Positions 26,343-35,270 of a stretch of DNA of 64,000 bases are shown here, one piece after another (within the stretch, counting starts at the first letter, position 1; every line of letters starts with the position of its first letter). Location: contig JBCKBR010000001.1 in the NCBI GenBank assembly GCA_038911065.1, positions 6,013-70,012 on the forward strand, read 5' to 3'. The notes under the pieces were generated by a model. That model saw only the letters and a program-made list of their open reading frames with translations. It had not been told where the DNA came from and did no database searches. Origin of the DNA: Gaiellales bacterium (GTDB taxonomy: Bacteria; Actinomycetota; Thermoleophilia; Gaiellales; F1-60-MAGs149). The translations under genes were made by a program, and so were the position numbers.

Positions 26343-27529
26343 TCCCTGAGGACGGGTTCGCGCCTGTCCTGCTTGCGGTCACGGGCGGCATTGCCGCGTA
26401 CCGGGCCTGCGAAGTCGTGCGTGGTCTCGTCAAGGCCGAGATCCCCGTGCAGGTGGCGATGACGCGCGCCGCGCGCCGTTTTGTCGGCGAGACGACGTTC
26501 GCGGGTCTGTCGCGCCGTAGCGTTCTGACCGACGATCCCACGGCGGGTGGCCCGATTTATCCACACCTCGATGCGGCGCGTGCAGCGAAGGTGATGGCGG
26601 TTGTGCCGTGCTCGGCCAATACGCTCGCACGTTTGGCGCACGGCTTGGCAGACGACGTGGTCGCCGAGTCTGCTCTCGCCCTCGTCGGCCAGTTGCTGAT
26701 TGCTCCCGCGATGAACCACCGGATGTGGCTGCATCCGGCGACGCAGCAGAACGTTGCGACGCTGGTCGAACGCGGCGCCGTTGTTGTGGGTCCCGACGAT
26801 GGGCTGCTGGCAGAGGGCGAGGAGGGGCCGGGGCGCTTGGCTCAGCCCGATCGCATCACCCAGGCAATCCGTATGTTGTTGGGGGGTGGCAGCCTCGCGG
26901 GTAAGCGCGTTCTCGTCACAGCGGGCGGTACGCGCGAACCGCTCGATAGTGTCCGGTTTCTCGGCAATCGTTCGAGTGGCAAAATGGGTGTTGCGCTCGC
27001 CGACGAGGCCTTGGCGCGTGGCGCCGAGGTGACGACGATCCTCTCGAACACGCTGGTGCGTCCGCTTGGCGGCACCCAGATCGACGCACCCACCGCCGCA
27101 GACCTCGCAGCAGCCACCACTAAGGCCGCCGCAGACGCTGACATCATCGTGATGGCCGCCGCTGTTTCCGACTTTCGTCCCGCCGAGGTACAGGCGACGA
27201 AGCGCGCGCGCAGCGGTACGTGGGATCTCCGGCTCGAGCCGACCGAGGATGTTCTGGCAGGCATTGCTGCGAAGCGTCAAGACGGGCAGCTGATCATCGG
27301 CTTTGCCGCCGAAGATGGCGAAGACATCGCCCGCGCGCAGCAAAAGCGCGAGCGCAAGGGTGTCGACCTGATTGTCCTCAACGATATCTCCGACCCGGCG
27401 CTGGGCTTCGATAGTGACGACAACGCCGTCGTGCTCATCACCGCCACCGACGAGACGCGCGTCCCTCGCGCCCCGAAGTCGCAGATCGCCGCGGCGATAT
27501 TCGATCGGGTTGAGGCGCTCAGTACGTAG
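26321..27529 (+). CDS. coaBC: Bifunctional phosphopantothenoylcysteine decarboxylase / phosphopantothenate-cysteine ligase
   Basis: N-terminal flavoprotein motif LLAVTGGIAAYRA and the CoaB motif FLGNRSSGKMG. 402 aa. Confidence 0.9.
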   Translation: MGDQRVLVPEDGFAPVLLAVTGGIAAYRACEVVRGLVKAEIPVQVAMTRAARRFVGETTFAGLSRRSVLTDDPTAGGPIYPHLDAARAAKVMAVVPCSANTLARLAHGLADDVVAESALALVGQLLIAPAMNHRMWLHPATQQNVATLVERGAVVVGPDDGLLAEGEEGPGRLAQPDRITQAIRMLLGGGSLAGKRVLVTAGGTREPLDSVRFLGNRSSGKMGVALADEALARGAEVTTILSNTLVRPLGGTQIDAPTAADLAAATTKAAADADIIVMAAAVSDFRPAEVQATKRARSGTWDLRLEPTEDVLAGIAAKRQDGQLIIGFAAEDGEDIARAQQKRERKGVDLIVLNDISDPALGFDSDDNAVVLITATDETRVPRAPKSQIAAAIFDRVEALST

Positions 27530-27547
27530 GCCATTTCGCGGGCGACA

Positions 27548-27573
27548 TTAGGCGACGCGCCTTCGTCGCCTAA
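27548..27573. terminator. 10-bp stem hairpin between convergent coaBC and a methyltransferase-like gene
   Basis: TTAGGCGACG-cgcctt-CGTCGCCTAA. No U tract. Confidence 0.45.
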
Positions 27574-27617
27574 GCGGCTGGACATTCAAGTCCTACGAGC
27601 GCTCGCTGGATAACTCG

Positions 27618-28397
27618 CTATGCGTGCCACAGATCGTTGGGCCCGCGGTAGAGCGCGGCGACAACATTGGCCCATGCCGGACCGTAGGTTTCTTGCGCCG
27701 GGGTCAGTTCCAAGTAGGGAATCTGAATCCAATCATTGCCGCGTGTGCCACGGATCCAGACCATCACGCGTACCCCATTTGCGGCGAGATCAAGTGTTCG
27801 AATGTAACGGTCGAATGCTTGGTGATACCCGGGCGGGTAGGTCACGAGCATCGGACATCCGCTTTCGATCAGCTTATTCACGGCGACTTCAACTTCTTTG
27901 GGGTCTGGATCGAGTCCGTAATCGCCCGATCCAATGTGTTCGAATGTCGAAATGGATAACAGCGTCTCGTCCGTCGGTGTCCAACTCTCCCAGCCAAGCT
28001 GGTGGGTCACAGCGGGGTGATCGTCGGTTGGATCGATGACGGTCGACACGCGCCCAGGCCAGTAGTACGGCGTGACTGCACCAATTTCAACGATTCGCGT
28101 GTCCACCATGCGGGTCAGGAAGATGTCCGCGAGGGCCAACTCGATCGTACGTTCTGTCATGCGGTACGGCGGATACCCCGTGTTCTTCCGATGGATAAAG
28201 TGTTCAATCGCTTGGCCATCGACGGAGAACGTTGGAATCTTCTCGTAGGCCATTGGGAAGTACCGAGCAATACCAGCAATCCCAGTCGAAGCCATACCGA
28301 GGCCCGCATCGATGAGTTTTGGGGAGAGTTTGTTCATATTGCGGGGTGCAGAATTTGTGCTCCGTATCAGGATACTGACGCGACGGGTTCGTGACAC
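27618..28397 (-). CDS. Hypothetical protein, possibly a class I SAM-dependent methyltransferase
   Basis: IVEIGAV (motif I-like) and LLSISTFEHIG (motif resembling STLEHV). Start uncertain: GTG 28397 abuts the upstream stop, or ATG 28337. The region is lower in G+C. Confidence 0.45.
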   Translation of the reverse strand: MSRTRRVSILIRSTNSAPRNMNKLSPKLIDAGLGMASTGIAGIARYFPMAYEKIPTFSVDGQAIEHFIHRKNTGYPPYRMTERTIELALADIFLTRMVDTRIVEIGAVTPYYWPGRVSTVIDPTDDHPAVTHQLGWESWTPTDETLLSISTFEHIGSGDYGLDPDPKEVEVAVNKLIESGCPMLVTYPPGYHQAFDRYIRTLDLAANGVRVMVWIRGTRGNDWIQIPYLELTPAQETYGPAWANVVAALYRGPNDLWHA

Positions 28398-29246
28398 CTA
28401 TGGGCGCGTACACAAGAGGTTGATGTACCCGCGCTGGAGCATCTCGCCGTCGATCGCGCGGATGCGGCATTCGACGTCGTCGATCCATCGCACGGTCAAG
28501 TTGCATTCGGTGAGAGCATCGATCAGGTCCTGCGGTGTATGGCCAGCCCGCCGCAGCATTTCAGGGTTGCATTCAGCGAACACGGTGATATTCGAATCAG
28601 CTTCGAGTAGGAGGCGCCTCATGCCGACGACGGCTGCAACTTCGTTGCCTTCGATGTCGAGTTTGACGACGTCGATGCGAGTGTCGTTCGGGAACCAATC
28701 ATCGGCAGCAATGGTGTTGATTGTGATGCTACGCGTTGCCGTTCCAGGATCGTGGAGGCTGCTCGTTTCGCCGCCGCCACTCAAATAGAACGTCAACGTA
28801 TTGTCTTCGGCAGCGAGTCCGAGCGGTATCACTGTCGCACAATTGGTGTATCCATTCGCGTCGATGTTCTGGTGCAGAATCGGGAGAGTTTCAGGATTCG
28901 GTTCGAACGTGTAGACGCGACCCGTTGGGCCAACTGATCGGGCCGCAAACAGTGTCATCACCCCGAGGTGTGCACCGCCTTCCAATACCGTTCCAGCTTC
29001 GGGGATCGCTTCGCTGAAGAGCTTCCTGAAGTAGCGGTCATGCTCGTCTTCGAGGAGGTCGCGCATGTAATACACATGGCCTATTTGATTGCAGTGAATC
29101 ACGAAGCCTTCGAACTCGATATCCATTGATCCGAGCTGGGTATTCATCCTTCCCGCGGCCTTGTCGATGAGTGGTCCGAGTCCCACTAGGCGCAACGGGC
29201 GTGCGATGCGTTCAGCCAGTCGGATAAGTGTCAGTTTCGAGGGCAT
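28398..29246 (-). CDS. FkbM-family methyltransferase
   Basis: GGAHLGVMTLFAARSVGPTGRVYTFEPNP and VKLDIEGNE motifs. 282 aa. Confidence 0.8.
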   Translation of the reverse strand: MPSKLTLIRLAERIARPLRLVGLGPLIDKAAGRMNTQLGSMDIEFEGFVIHCNQIGHVYYMRDLLEDEHDRYFRKLFSEAIPEAGTVLEGGAHLGVMTLFAARSVGPTGRVYTFEPNPETLPILHQNIDANGYTNCATVIPLGLAAEDNTLTFYLSGGGETSSLHDPGTATRSITINTIAADDWFPNDTRIDVVKLDIEGNEVAAVVGMRRLLLEADSNITVFAECNPEMLRRAGHTPQDLIDALTECNLTVRWIDDVECRIRAIDGEMLQRGYINLLCTRP

Positions 29247-29324
29247 CCGGATCGCAGATTACCGACTTGACTGCGCGGCATCTCCGAGTCGGCTTTGGCT
29301 GCACGGATGATGTCCCTCGCGGGA

Positions 29325-29330
29325 TACAAT
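29325..29330 (+). promoter_or_regulatory. -10 hexamer TACAAT 7 nt upstream of the pheS ATG
   Basis: Read directly from the sequence. No Shine-Dalgarno fits in the 7-nt gap. Confidence 0.45.
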
Positions 29331-29337
29331 CCTGCCT

Positions 29338-30324
29338 ATGGTCGATCCCGACGCAATCTTGGCTGCTGCGCTGCTGCAGATCGATGGTGCGACGGACCTG
29401 GCGACGCTTGAGGATGTGCGGATTGCCACTGTCGGGCGTAGCGCGCCACTGCCGCTCGCATTGCGCGCGGTGGGCGAGTTGCCGCCGGAGCAGCGGGGCG
29501 AGGCCGGTAAGCGCCTCAATCAGGTGCGGCAACAGCTCGAGGCGCGACTGACGGAGCGCCAGTCCGAGTTGGAGCGCCTAGCGCTTGAGGACACACTCGC
29601 GCATGACCGTGTCGATGTCACGCTGCCGGGTCGCGCGATGGCGCATGGTGGTTTGCATGTGTTGACGCAGACGAGGCGCGAGATCGAGCAGATCTTTCTC
29701 GATATGGGCTATGCGATTGCAGAGGGGCCCGAGGTCGAGACGGAGTTCAATAACTTCACGGCGCTCAACATCCCGGACGATCATCCGGCCAAGGCCGACT
29801 CGGACACGCTCTGGGTCTCGGATGGCGTCCTGCTCCGCACGCATACGTCGCCGGTGCAGGTGCGGGTTATGCAATCCCAGCAGCCCCCTGTCGCGGTCAT
29901 CTGCCCGGGGCGCGTCTATCGGCGCGACACGCAGGACGCGACGCATTCGCCGATTTTTCATCAGGTCGAGGGGCTACTGATCGATGAGGGCATTACGCTG
30001 GCAGACCTCAAGGGCACGCTCGACCATGTTACGAAGCGCCTGTTTGGTGCGGATCGTCAGATTCGCTTGCGCTCGGGTTACTTCCCATTCACCGAGCCAA
30101 GTGTCGAACTAGATGTCTCGTGGGGCGATGGTTGGATGGAGATCCTTGGCGCCGGCATGGTCGATCCGAACGTGCTCGAGCAGGTCGGTTACGACTCGAC
30201 GAAGGTGACGGGTTTCGCGTTCGGCATGGGTATCGAGCGGATCGCGATGCTGCGCCACGGCATCCCGGATATTCGGATGCTGTTTGACAATGACGTGCGG
30301 TTCTTGAGCCAGTTCCCGGCCTAA
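29338..30324 (+). CDS. pheS: Phenylalanine-tRNA ligase alpha subunit
   Basis: Class II motifs, including FHQVEGL and GFAFGMGIERIAM. Confidence 0.95.
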   Translation: MVDPDAILAAALLQIDGATDLATLEDVRIATVGRSAPLPLALRAVGELPPEQRGEAGKRLNQVRQQLEARLTERQSELERLALEDTLAHDRVDVTLPGRAMAHGGLHVLTQTRREIEQIFLDMGYAIAEGPEVETEFNNFTALNIPDDHPAKADSDTLWVSDGVLLRTHTSPVQVRVMQSQQPPVAVICPGRVYRRDTQDATHSPIFHQVEGLLIDEGITLADLKGTLDHVTKRLFGADRQIRLRSGYFPFTEPSVELDVSWGDGWMEILGAGMVDPNVLEQVGYDSTKVTGFAFGMGIERIAMLRHGIPDIRMLFDNDVRFLSQFPA

Positions 30325-30350
30325 CGAACGCCGCCCGATAGACTCCTTCT

Positions 30351-32777
30351 GTGCGCCTCCCACTCTCTTGGCTCCGCGACTTTGTCGATATCCGCGTTTC
30401 GCCGGAAGAACTGGCTGACCGTTTGGTGACGTCGGGCTTCGAGATCGAAGGCATTCTGCGATTGGGGGCGCCCGAGGCGGACGACAACCACGCCAATTTT
30501 GTGATTGGTCGTGTTGAACAGTTTGAGAAGCATCCGAATGCGGATCGACTCCGCCTCTGCAAGGTCGATACGGGGGGAGCGGAACTGCGCCAGATTATCT
30601 GTGGCGCATCGAACTTCGCGCTTGGCGACATCGTCGTTGTGGCGACTCCCGGAGCGGTGCTGTCGAGCGCCGATGCGCCGCTGAAGCAGGCGAAGTTGCG
30701 GGGCGAGGTTTCGGACGGGATGATCCTGTCCGAGCGCGAGCTCGGACTCTCGGAGGATCACGACGGCATCATCGTGTTGCCCGCTGATGCGGGGTATGCG
30801 GTTGGCTCGCGGCTCGCCGACCACCTCGAGCTCGACGAGGTCGTCCTCGACGTATCGGTCGAGTCGAATCGTGGTGACTGCCTGAGCGTCTATGGCATGG
30901 CGCGCGAGGTGGCCGTGCTGTTTGGCCTCGACCTGAAGCCGCTGCCCGGCATCGAACCCAAGGCCAGTGGTGGCTCTACGAGTGATCTCGTCACGATTGC
31001 GATCGACGACGCGGCCGGTTGTTCGCGGTTTACGGCCCGTGGTTTTACGGGCGTGACGATCGGCCCGTCGCCTTTTCGCATTCGCCAGCGCTTGGCGGCT
31101 GCCGGCATTCGTCCAGTCTCGAATGTTGTGGACGTCACCAACTATGTGATGCACGAGCTGGGTAACCCGCTGCACGTCTACGACGCCGACTGCATTCCCG
31201 GCAGGACACTGACCGCGCGGCTGGCCAAGACGGGCGAAACGATCCGTACGCTCGACGACAAGGAGCGTTCGCTGACGAGCGACATGCTGGTGATCGCGGA
31301 CGCGGCAGGTCCCAGTGGTATTGCCGGCGTGATGGGTGGCGCTGCGGCGGAGATCACCGATGGCACGACGAACGTGGTGCTCGAGGCGGCGTGCTTTGAC
31401 CGCGGTGGCATCCAGCGCACGTCGAAGGCGCTCGGCCTGCGCACCGATGGCTCGAACCGGTGGGAGAAGGGCGTTAGCCCGGCGCTCGCTCCGATCGCCT
31501 CGATTCGTGCAGCCGAACTACTCGTGGCCTGGTCGGGTGGCCAGATGCTTGCCGACCCGCAAGATGTTGTGGGCGGGCTGCTTGTCGAGCAGGTTGTTCA
31601 TCTGCGCGGCAGCCGAGCGGGGGAGGTCCTTGGGCTCGAGGTGGATGCCACAGAGACCGAGCGCATCCTGGCGGGCCTTGGGTTTGCACCCCAGGCGACG
31701 GACGACGGATGGAATTGCACCGTACCGTTCTGGCGCTGGCTCGATGCGACGCGCGAGATCGACCTCGTCGAAGAGATTGGGCGTGTGCATGGTCTCGACA
31801 AGGTGCCGATCAGTCTGCCGCGGATCGCGCCGGGAAGTGGTGGTCTGACACGCGAGCAACAGATTTGCCGCCGCATCGAAGACCATCTAACGGGCGCCGG
31901 TTTGCGCGAGGTAGTCACCATCAGCCTCGTCGACCCGGAGCTACACAGGGCCTATCGGATGGGCGACCAGCAGCCATTGGCGCTGCGCAACCCGCTTTCG
32001 GCGGATCTCTCCGAACTGCGGCTGTCGCTACTGCCCAGCCTGGTCGAGGTCGTGCGTCGCAATGCTTTGGTGGGCGAGCGCGACATTCAGATCTTCGAGG
32101 TTGGGCGCAGCTATCGGCCCGGCAACGAGGGCGGCTTGGCATTCGAGGATGCACGGCTAGGGATCGCGTTGTCTGGTCGCTTTGGTGGCATCTCGTGGCT
32201 GGGAGAGGGCGTCTTGAGCGACTTCAGCACACTCGTCGGAGTCGTCGATGCGTTGCTGCTGCGATTGGGCATCAGGCACCTGCGCACCAGCCTCGAAGAT
32301 CATGCGTTGCTGCACCCGGGTCGGGCGGCACGCGTCCTCGTTGATGGGCAGGAGATTGGCACGATCGGCGAGCTGCACCCTGGCATCGCCGCCGATCTCG
32401 AACTCGGTGGCGCGATCGCGCTCGGCGAGTTCGACCTCGCGGCAATTACGCGTCTCGTGCCCGAGGCTGCAGCCTTTACGGGGCTCTCGGCGTTTCCGCC
32501 CGTACATCAGGACATCGCCGTCATCGTCGATAGTGCAGTGCAGGCCGCAACATTGGTGGAGACCGCGCGGGCGGCCGGCGGCGACCTGCTGCGGGACGCG
32601 CACGTCTTTGATGTCTTCGAGGATGCGGAGCGGATCGGCGCTGGTCGCGTCTCGATTGCCTTGCGTTTTGCCTTCCAGGCCGACGATCGCACGCTGACCG
32701 AAGAAGAAGCAATAGAAGTTCGCGATCGAGTCATAGCGGCGCTCGCCGCGTCGTGCGGCGCGGAACTGCGCGGGTAG
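30351..32777 (+). CDS. pheT: Phenylalanine-tRNA ligase beta subunit
   Basis: N-terminus MRLPLSWLRDFV. 808 aa; follows pheS. Confidence 0.95.
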   Translation: MRLPLSWLRDFVDIRVSPEELADRLVTSGFEIEGILRLGAPEADDNHANFVIGRVEQFEKHPNADRLRLCKVDTGGAELRQIICGASNFALGDIVVVATPGAVLSSADAPLKQAKLRGEVSDGMILSERELGLSEDHDGIIVLPADAGYAVGSRLADHLELDEVVLDVSVESNRGDCLSVYGMAREVAVLFGLDLKPLPGIEPKASGGSTSDLVTIAIDDAAGCSRFTARGFTGVTIGPSPFRIRQRLAAAGIRPVSNVVDVTNYVMHELGNPLHVYDADCIPGRTLTARLAKTGETIRTLDDKERSLTSDMLVIADAAGPSGIAGVMGGAAAEITDGTTNVVLEAACFDRGGIQRTSKALGLRTDGSNRWEKGVSPALAPIASIRAAELLVAWSGGQMLADPQDVVGGLLVEQVVHLRGSRAGEVLGLEVDATETERILAGLGFAPQATDDGWNCTVPFWRWLDATREIDLVEEIGRVHGLDKVPISLPRIAPGSGGLTREQQICRRIEDHLTGAGLREVVTISLVDPELHRAYRMGDQQPLALRNPLSADLSELRLSLLPSLVEVVRRNALVGERDIQIFEVGRSYRPGNEGGLAFEDARLGIALSGRFGGISWLGEGVLSDFSTLVGVVDALLLRLGIRHLRTSLEDHALLHPGRAARVLVDGQEIGTIGELHPGIAADLELGGAIALGEFDLAAITRLVPEAAAFTGLSAFPPVHQDIAVIVDSAVQAATLVETARAAGGDLLRDAHVFDVFEDAERIGAGRVSIALRFAFQADDRTLTEEEAIEVRDRVIAALAASCGAELRG

Positions 32778-32782
32778 AGTGC

Positions 32783-34087
32783 ATGAGTCGTCAGGGGCGC
32801 ATTGGCGCGGCGCTGGCCGCCTTGCCGGTCGGCACGATCCCGGTCGGGGTCGGCCTGCTCGTGGCGGGGGTCTCGGCCTACGCATTCCAGATCATCGCGT
32901 TCCGCGTGCTTGGCTCGCAGCCGTACGCGGCGCTCAACGGACTATGGGTGACGGCCTTCGTGCTCGCACCGGGCCTGTTTCTTCCGCTTGAACAAGAGGT
33001 GGCGCGTGCGCTCGCTCATCGCAAGGCAATCGGACAGGGTGGTCGACCATTAATCCTGCGTGCGCTCGTGCTCGGACTGGTGCTGATCATCGGTGTAGTG
33101 GTGCTCGTGCTTGTCTTCCGGCAGCCGATCGAGACGCGGCTCCTACGATCGTCCGACGGGCTCTTTCTGGCGCTGATCGTGGTGCTGGTTGGGTTTGCCA
33201 TTGAGTCATTGACGCGCGGCACGCTCAGCGGCAATGGACGCTTTGGGCGCTACGGACTGATCGTCGGTGTCGACGGGTTCGTGCGGCCTGCATTGGCGGG
33301 CCTGATCGTGCTTGTCGGCTACGAGACGCTCGGCTGGTTTGGTGCCATGTTCGCAATCGCTCCCTACCTTGCCAGCATCGCCGGGCTGATCGGCGTCAAA
33401 GGTATTGCTGAGCCCGGGCCGCCCGCACCGATGAGCGAGTTGTCGCGCGCAATCGTATGGCTGCTGGTCGGCTCAACGTTCGCACAGGCGCTCGGTTATT
33501 CCGCCTACATCGGCGCCAGCATCTTGGCAACGCCTGCGCAAGACGCCGAGCTCGGGGCCTTTATCGCGGGGCTCTTCATCGCACGTATTCCACTGCTGTT
33601 GTTCCAAGCCGTGCAGGCCGCTCTGCTGCCGAAGTTGGCGGGTCTGCTCGGTCACGGGCAGTTCGAAGAATTTCGCAAGGGCCTCGTTCGACTCGTTGCT
33701 ATCGTCGCGGGCGCAAGTGTCGTTGGTGTGCTGATCGCCCTCGTCGCCGGCCCATGGCTTGGAGGCCTCTTGTTTGGTGCCAAGTTCACGCTCAGCGGCC
33801 CATCTCTCGCCGCGCTGACAGCCGGTTGTTGCCTGGTGGTGATTGCCCTCACGCTGGCGCAGGCACTGATCGCACTTCGGCGGTATGTCGTGACCGCGTT
33901 CGCGTGGGTTGCCGGCGTCGTGGTCTTCGTCGGCGTAATGTCGCTACTCGAGGGCGATGTCTTTACGCGAGCAGAGATTGCGTTTGTCGTGGGAGGTGTG
34001 GTTGCCGTCGTCTGGATGGCCATCACGGCCTGGTTCGCCGTGGCGAAGGCGCGTGCCGTCGCCACGCCAACGCGCGTCGCTGTCTAA
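32783..34087 (+). CDS. Polytopic membrane protein, MOP/Wzx-like flippase candidate
   Basis: About 12 hydrophobic segments, 434 aa from ATG 32783. The N-terminal pattern AFRVLGSQPYAALNGLW resembles polysaccharide biosynthesis/flippase proteins. Confidence 0.5.
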   Translation: MSRQGRIGAALAALPVGTIPVGVGLLVAGVSAYAFQIIAFRVLGSQPYAALNGLWVTAFVLAPGLFLPLEQEVARALAHRKAIGQGGRPLILRALVLGLVLIIGVVVLVLVFRQPIETRLLRSSDGLFLALIVVLVGFAIESLTRGTLSGNGRFGRYGLIVGVDGFVRPALAGLIVLVGYETLGWFGAMFAIAPYLASIAGLIGVKGIAEPGPPAPMSELSRAIVWLLVGSTFAQALGYSAYIGASILATPAQDAELGAFIAGLFIARIPLLLFQAVQAALLPKLAGLLGHGQFEEFRKGLVRLVAIVAGASVVGVLIALVAGPWLGGLLFGAKFTLSGPSLAALTAGCCLVVIALTLAQALIALRRYVVTAFAWVAGVVVFVGVMSLLEGDVFTRAEIAFVVGGVVAVVWMAITAWFAVAKARAVATPTRVAV

Positions 34088-34314
34088 CGACCTGGGCGCA
34101 GCTTCGCGCGTAGCGCGCGAAATGATTCGGCTGCGCGCCAGGCGCGCGTTGCGAGCACCGACTCCAGATGGGTTCGCAACGAAACGTTTTCAGTTCGCAA
34201 CCAGACGTTTTCTCGCGAAAGGTCGTGGATGCGCTGGTCGCGGTCGATCAGCTGTGTATGGGCATCAGCCAGTTCGCGTTTGAGTCCGTCGCTGGTGGTG
34301 TCAGAGTCGCTCAT
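34084..34314 (-). CDS. Small coiled-coil protein (76 aa)
   Basis: ATGA overlap with the upstream GT2 stop. A heptad-like Leu/Arg pattern ends in ATRAWRAAESFRALR, which resembles coiled-coil tails of glycan-locus enzymes. Confidence 0.5.
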   Translation of the reverse strand: MSDSDTTSDGLKRELADAHTQLIDRDQRIHDLSRENVWLRTENVSLRTHLESVLATRAWRAAESFRALRAKLRPGR

Positions 34315-35270
34315 GGCTCGATCCCGTGGTCTTGGAGACGCGCGGTGAGGTAACCAATTTCTTTTTCGAGGTCGAATACTTGGCGCGACCGAATCGACAA
34401 CAGTCGGGCGAGTTCAACGTCCGATGTCACTTCGGTGCCGATCGCGAGCTCGACGGCGCACGAGATCTGCAACGGATAGACGTCGTCCGAATCCACGCGA
34501 ATTAGACCATCATCGGCGTACACCTGCAATTCGTCACGCACGATCTTGCTGCCCCAACGCGCATCGAACGCGCCGCGATTCGGGTCTGGCTCACCGTCGT
34601 CGGTGCGCCGCGATACCGACTCGAGGTGCACGACAACGGCAGTCCCGCAATAGCGGGTGCGCAAGCCCTGTGCTCGAGCGCGAAGGCAAAAGTCGATGTC
34701 TTCGTGCCCATTCGTAAACGCGGTGTCAAACCCCCCGAGGTTGTCGAAAGCCTCGCGGCGCACAAGGAAGCACGCTCCGGTGACAGCCTGAAAGTCGCGA
34801 TCGCGCAGCACCGCGGGGTGCTCTCCCGGAAAGCCGCGATAGATGTGTCGGGGCTCACCGTCTCGTTGACTAAAGGCGATGCCAGCGTGCTGCACCGTGC
34901 CGTCGCGGTAGAGCAGTCGGGCGCCGACGATCGCGATTGCGGTGTCGCTTTCGGCACAGGCCATCATCGAGTCGAGCCAACCTGCCTGTGGCGTCGTGTC
35001 GTTGTTCAGAAACACCACGAGCGAGGCCTGAGATTGCGCGGCACCAAAGTTGCATGCTCCCGCGAACCCGAGGTTCGTCTCGCTTCGAATCACCGTCACA
35101 CGAGGATCTGCTCCGCTGGGCAGAACGATCGCTTCGGGAGACGCGTCGTCGATCACGATGATCTGCGCATCGGTACCGCGGTCGAGTGTCGAGAGCGTTG
35201 CCGATACACACGACTCCGTCATGCCCGCGTGACCATGGGTTGGAATCACGATAGAAACCGGAAGCGTCAT
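34311..35270 (-). CDS. Glycosyltransferase family 2
   Basis: VSIVIPTHG ... IIVIDDASPE ... NNDT motifs. ATG 35270 is chosen (ATGA overlap with the GT-C stop); the track start is TTG 35285. Confidence 0.85.
   Translation of the reverse strand: MTLPVSIVIPTHGHAGMTESCVSATLSTLDRGTDAQIIVIDDASPEAIVLPSGADPRVTVIRSETNLGFAGACNFGAAQSQASLVVFLNNDTTPQAGWLDSMMACAESDTAIAIVGARLLYRDGTVQHAGIAFSQRDGEPRHIYRGFPGEHPAVLRDRDFQAVTGACFLVRREAFDNLGGFDTAFTNGHEDIDFCLRARAQGLRTRYCGTAVVVHLESVSRRTDDGEPDPNRGAFDARWGSKIVRDELQVYADDGLIRVDSDDVYPLQISCAVELAIGTEVTSDVELARLLSIRSRQVFDLEKEIGYLTARLQDHGIEP

Noticed and set aside
29247-29337. T-box or Phe-leader attenuator upstream of pheS
   Set aside because: Only 91 nt are available and no specifier, antiterminator-like structure or Phe-rich leader ORF is visible. 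A -10 hexamer sits 7 nt from the ATG.
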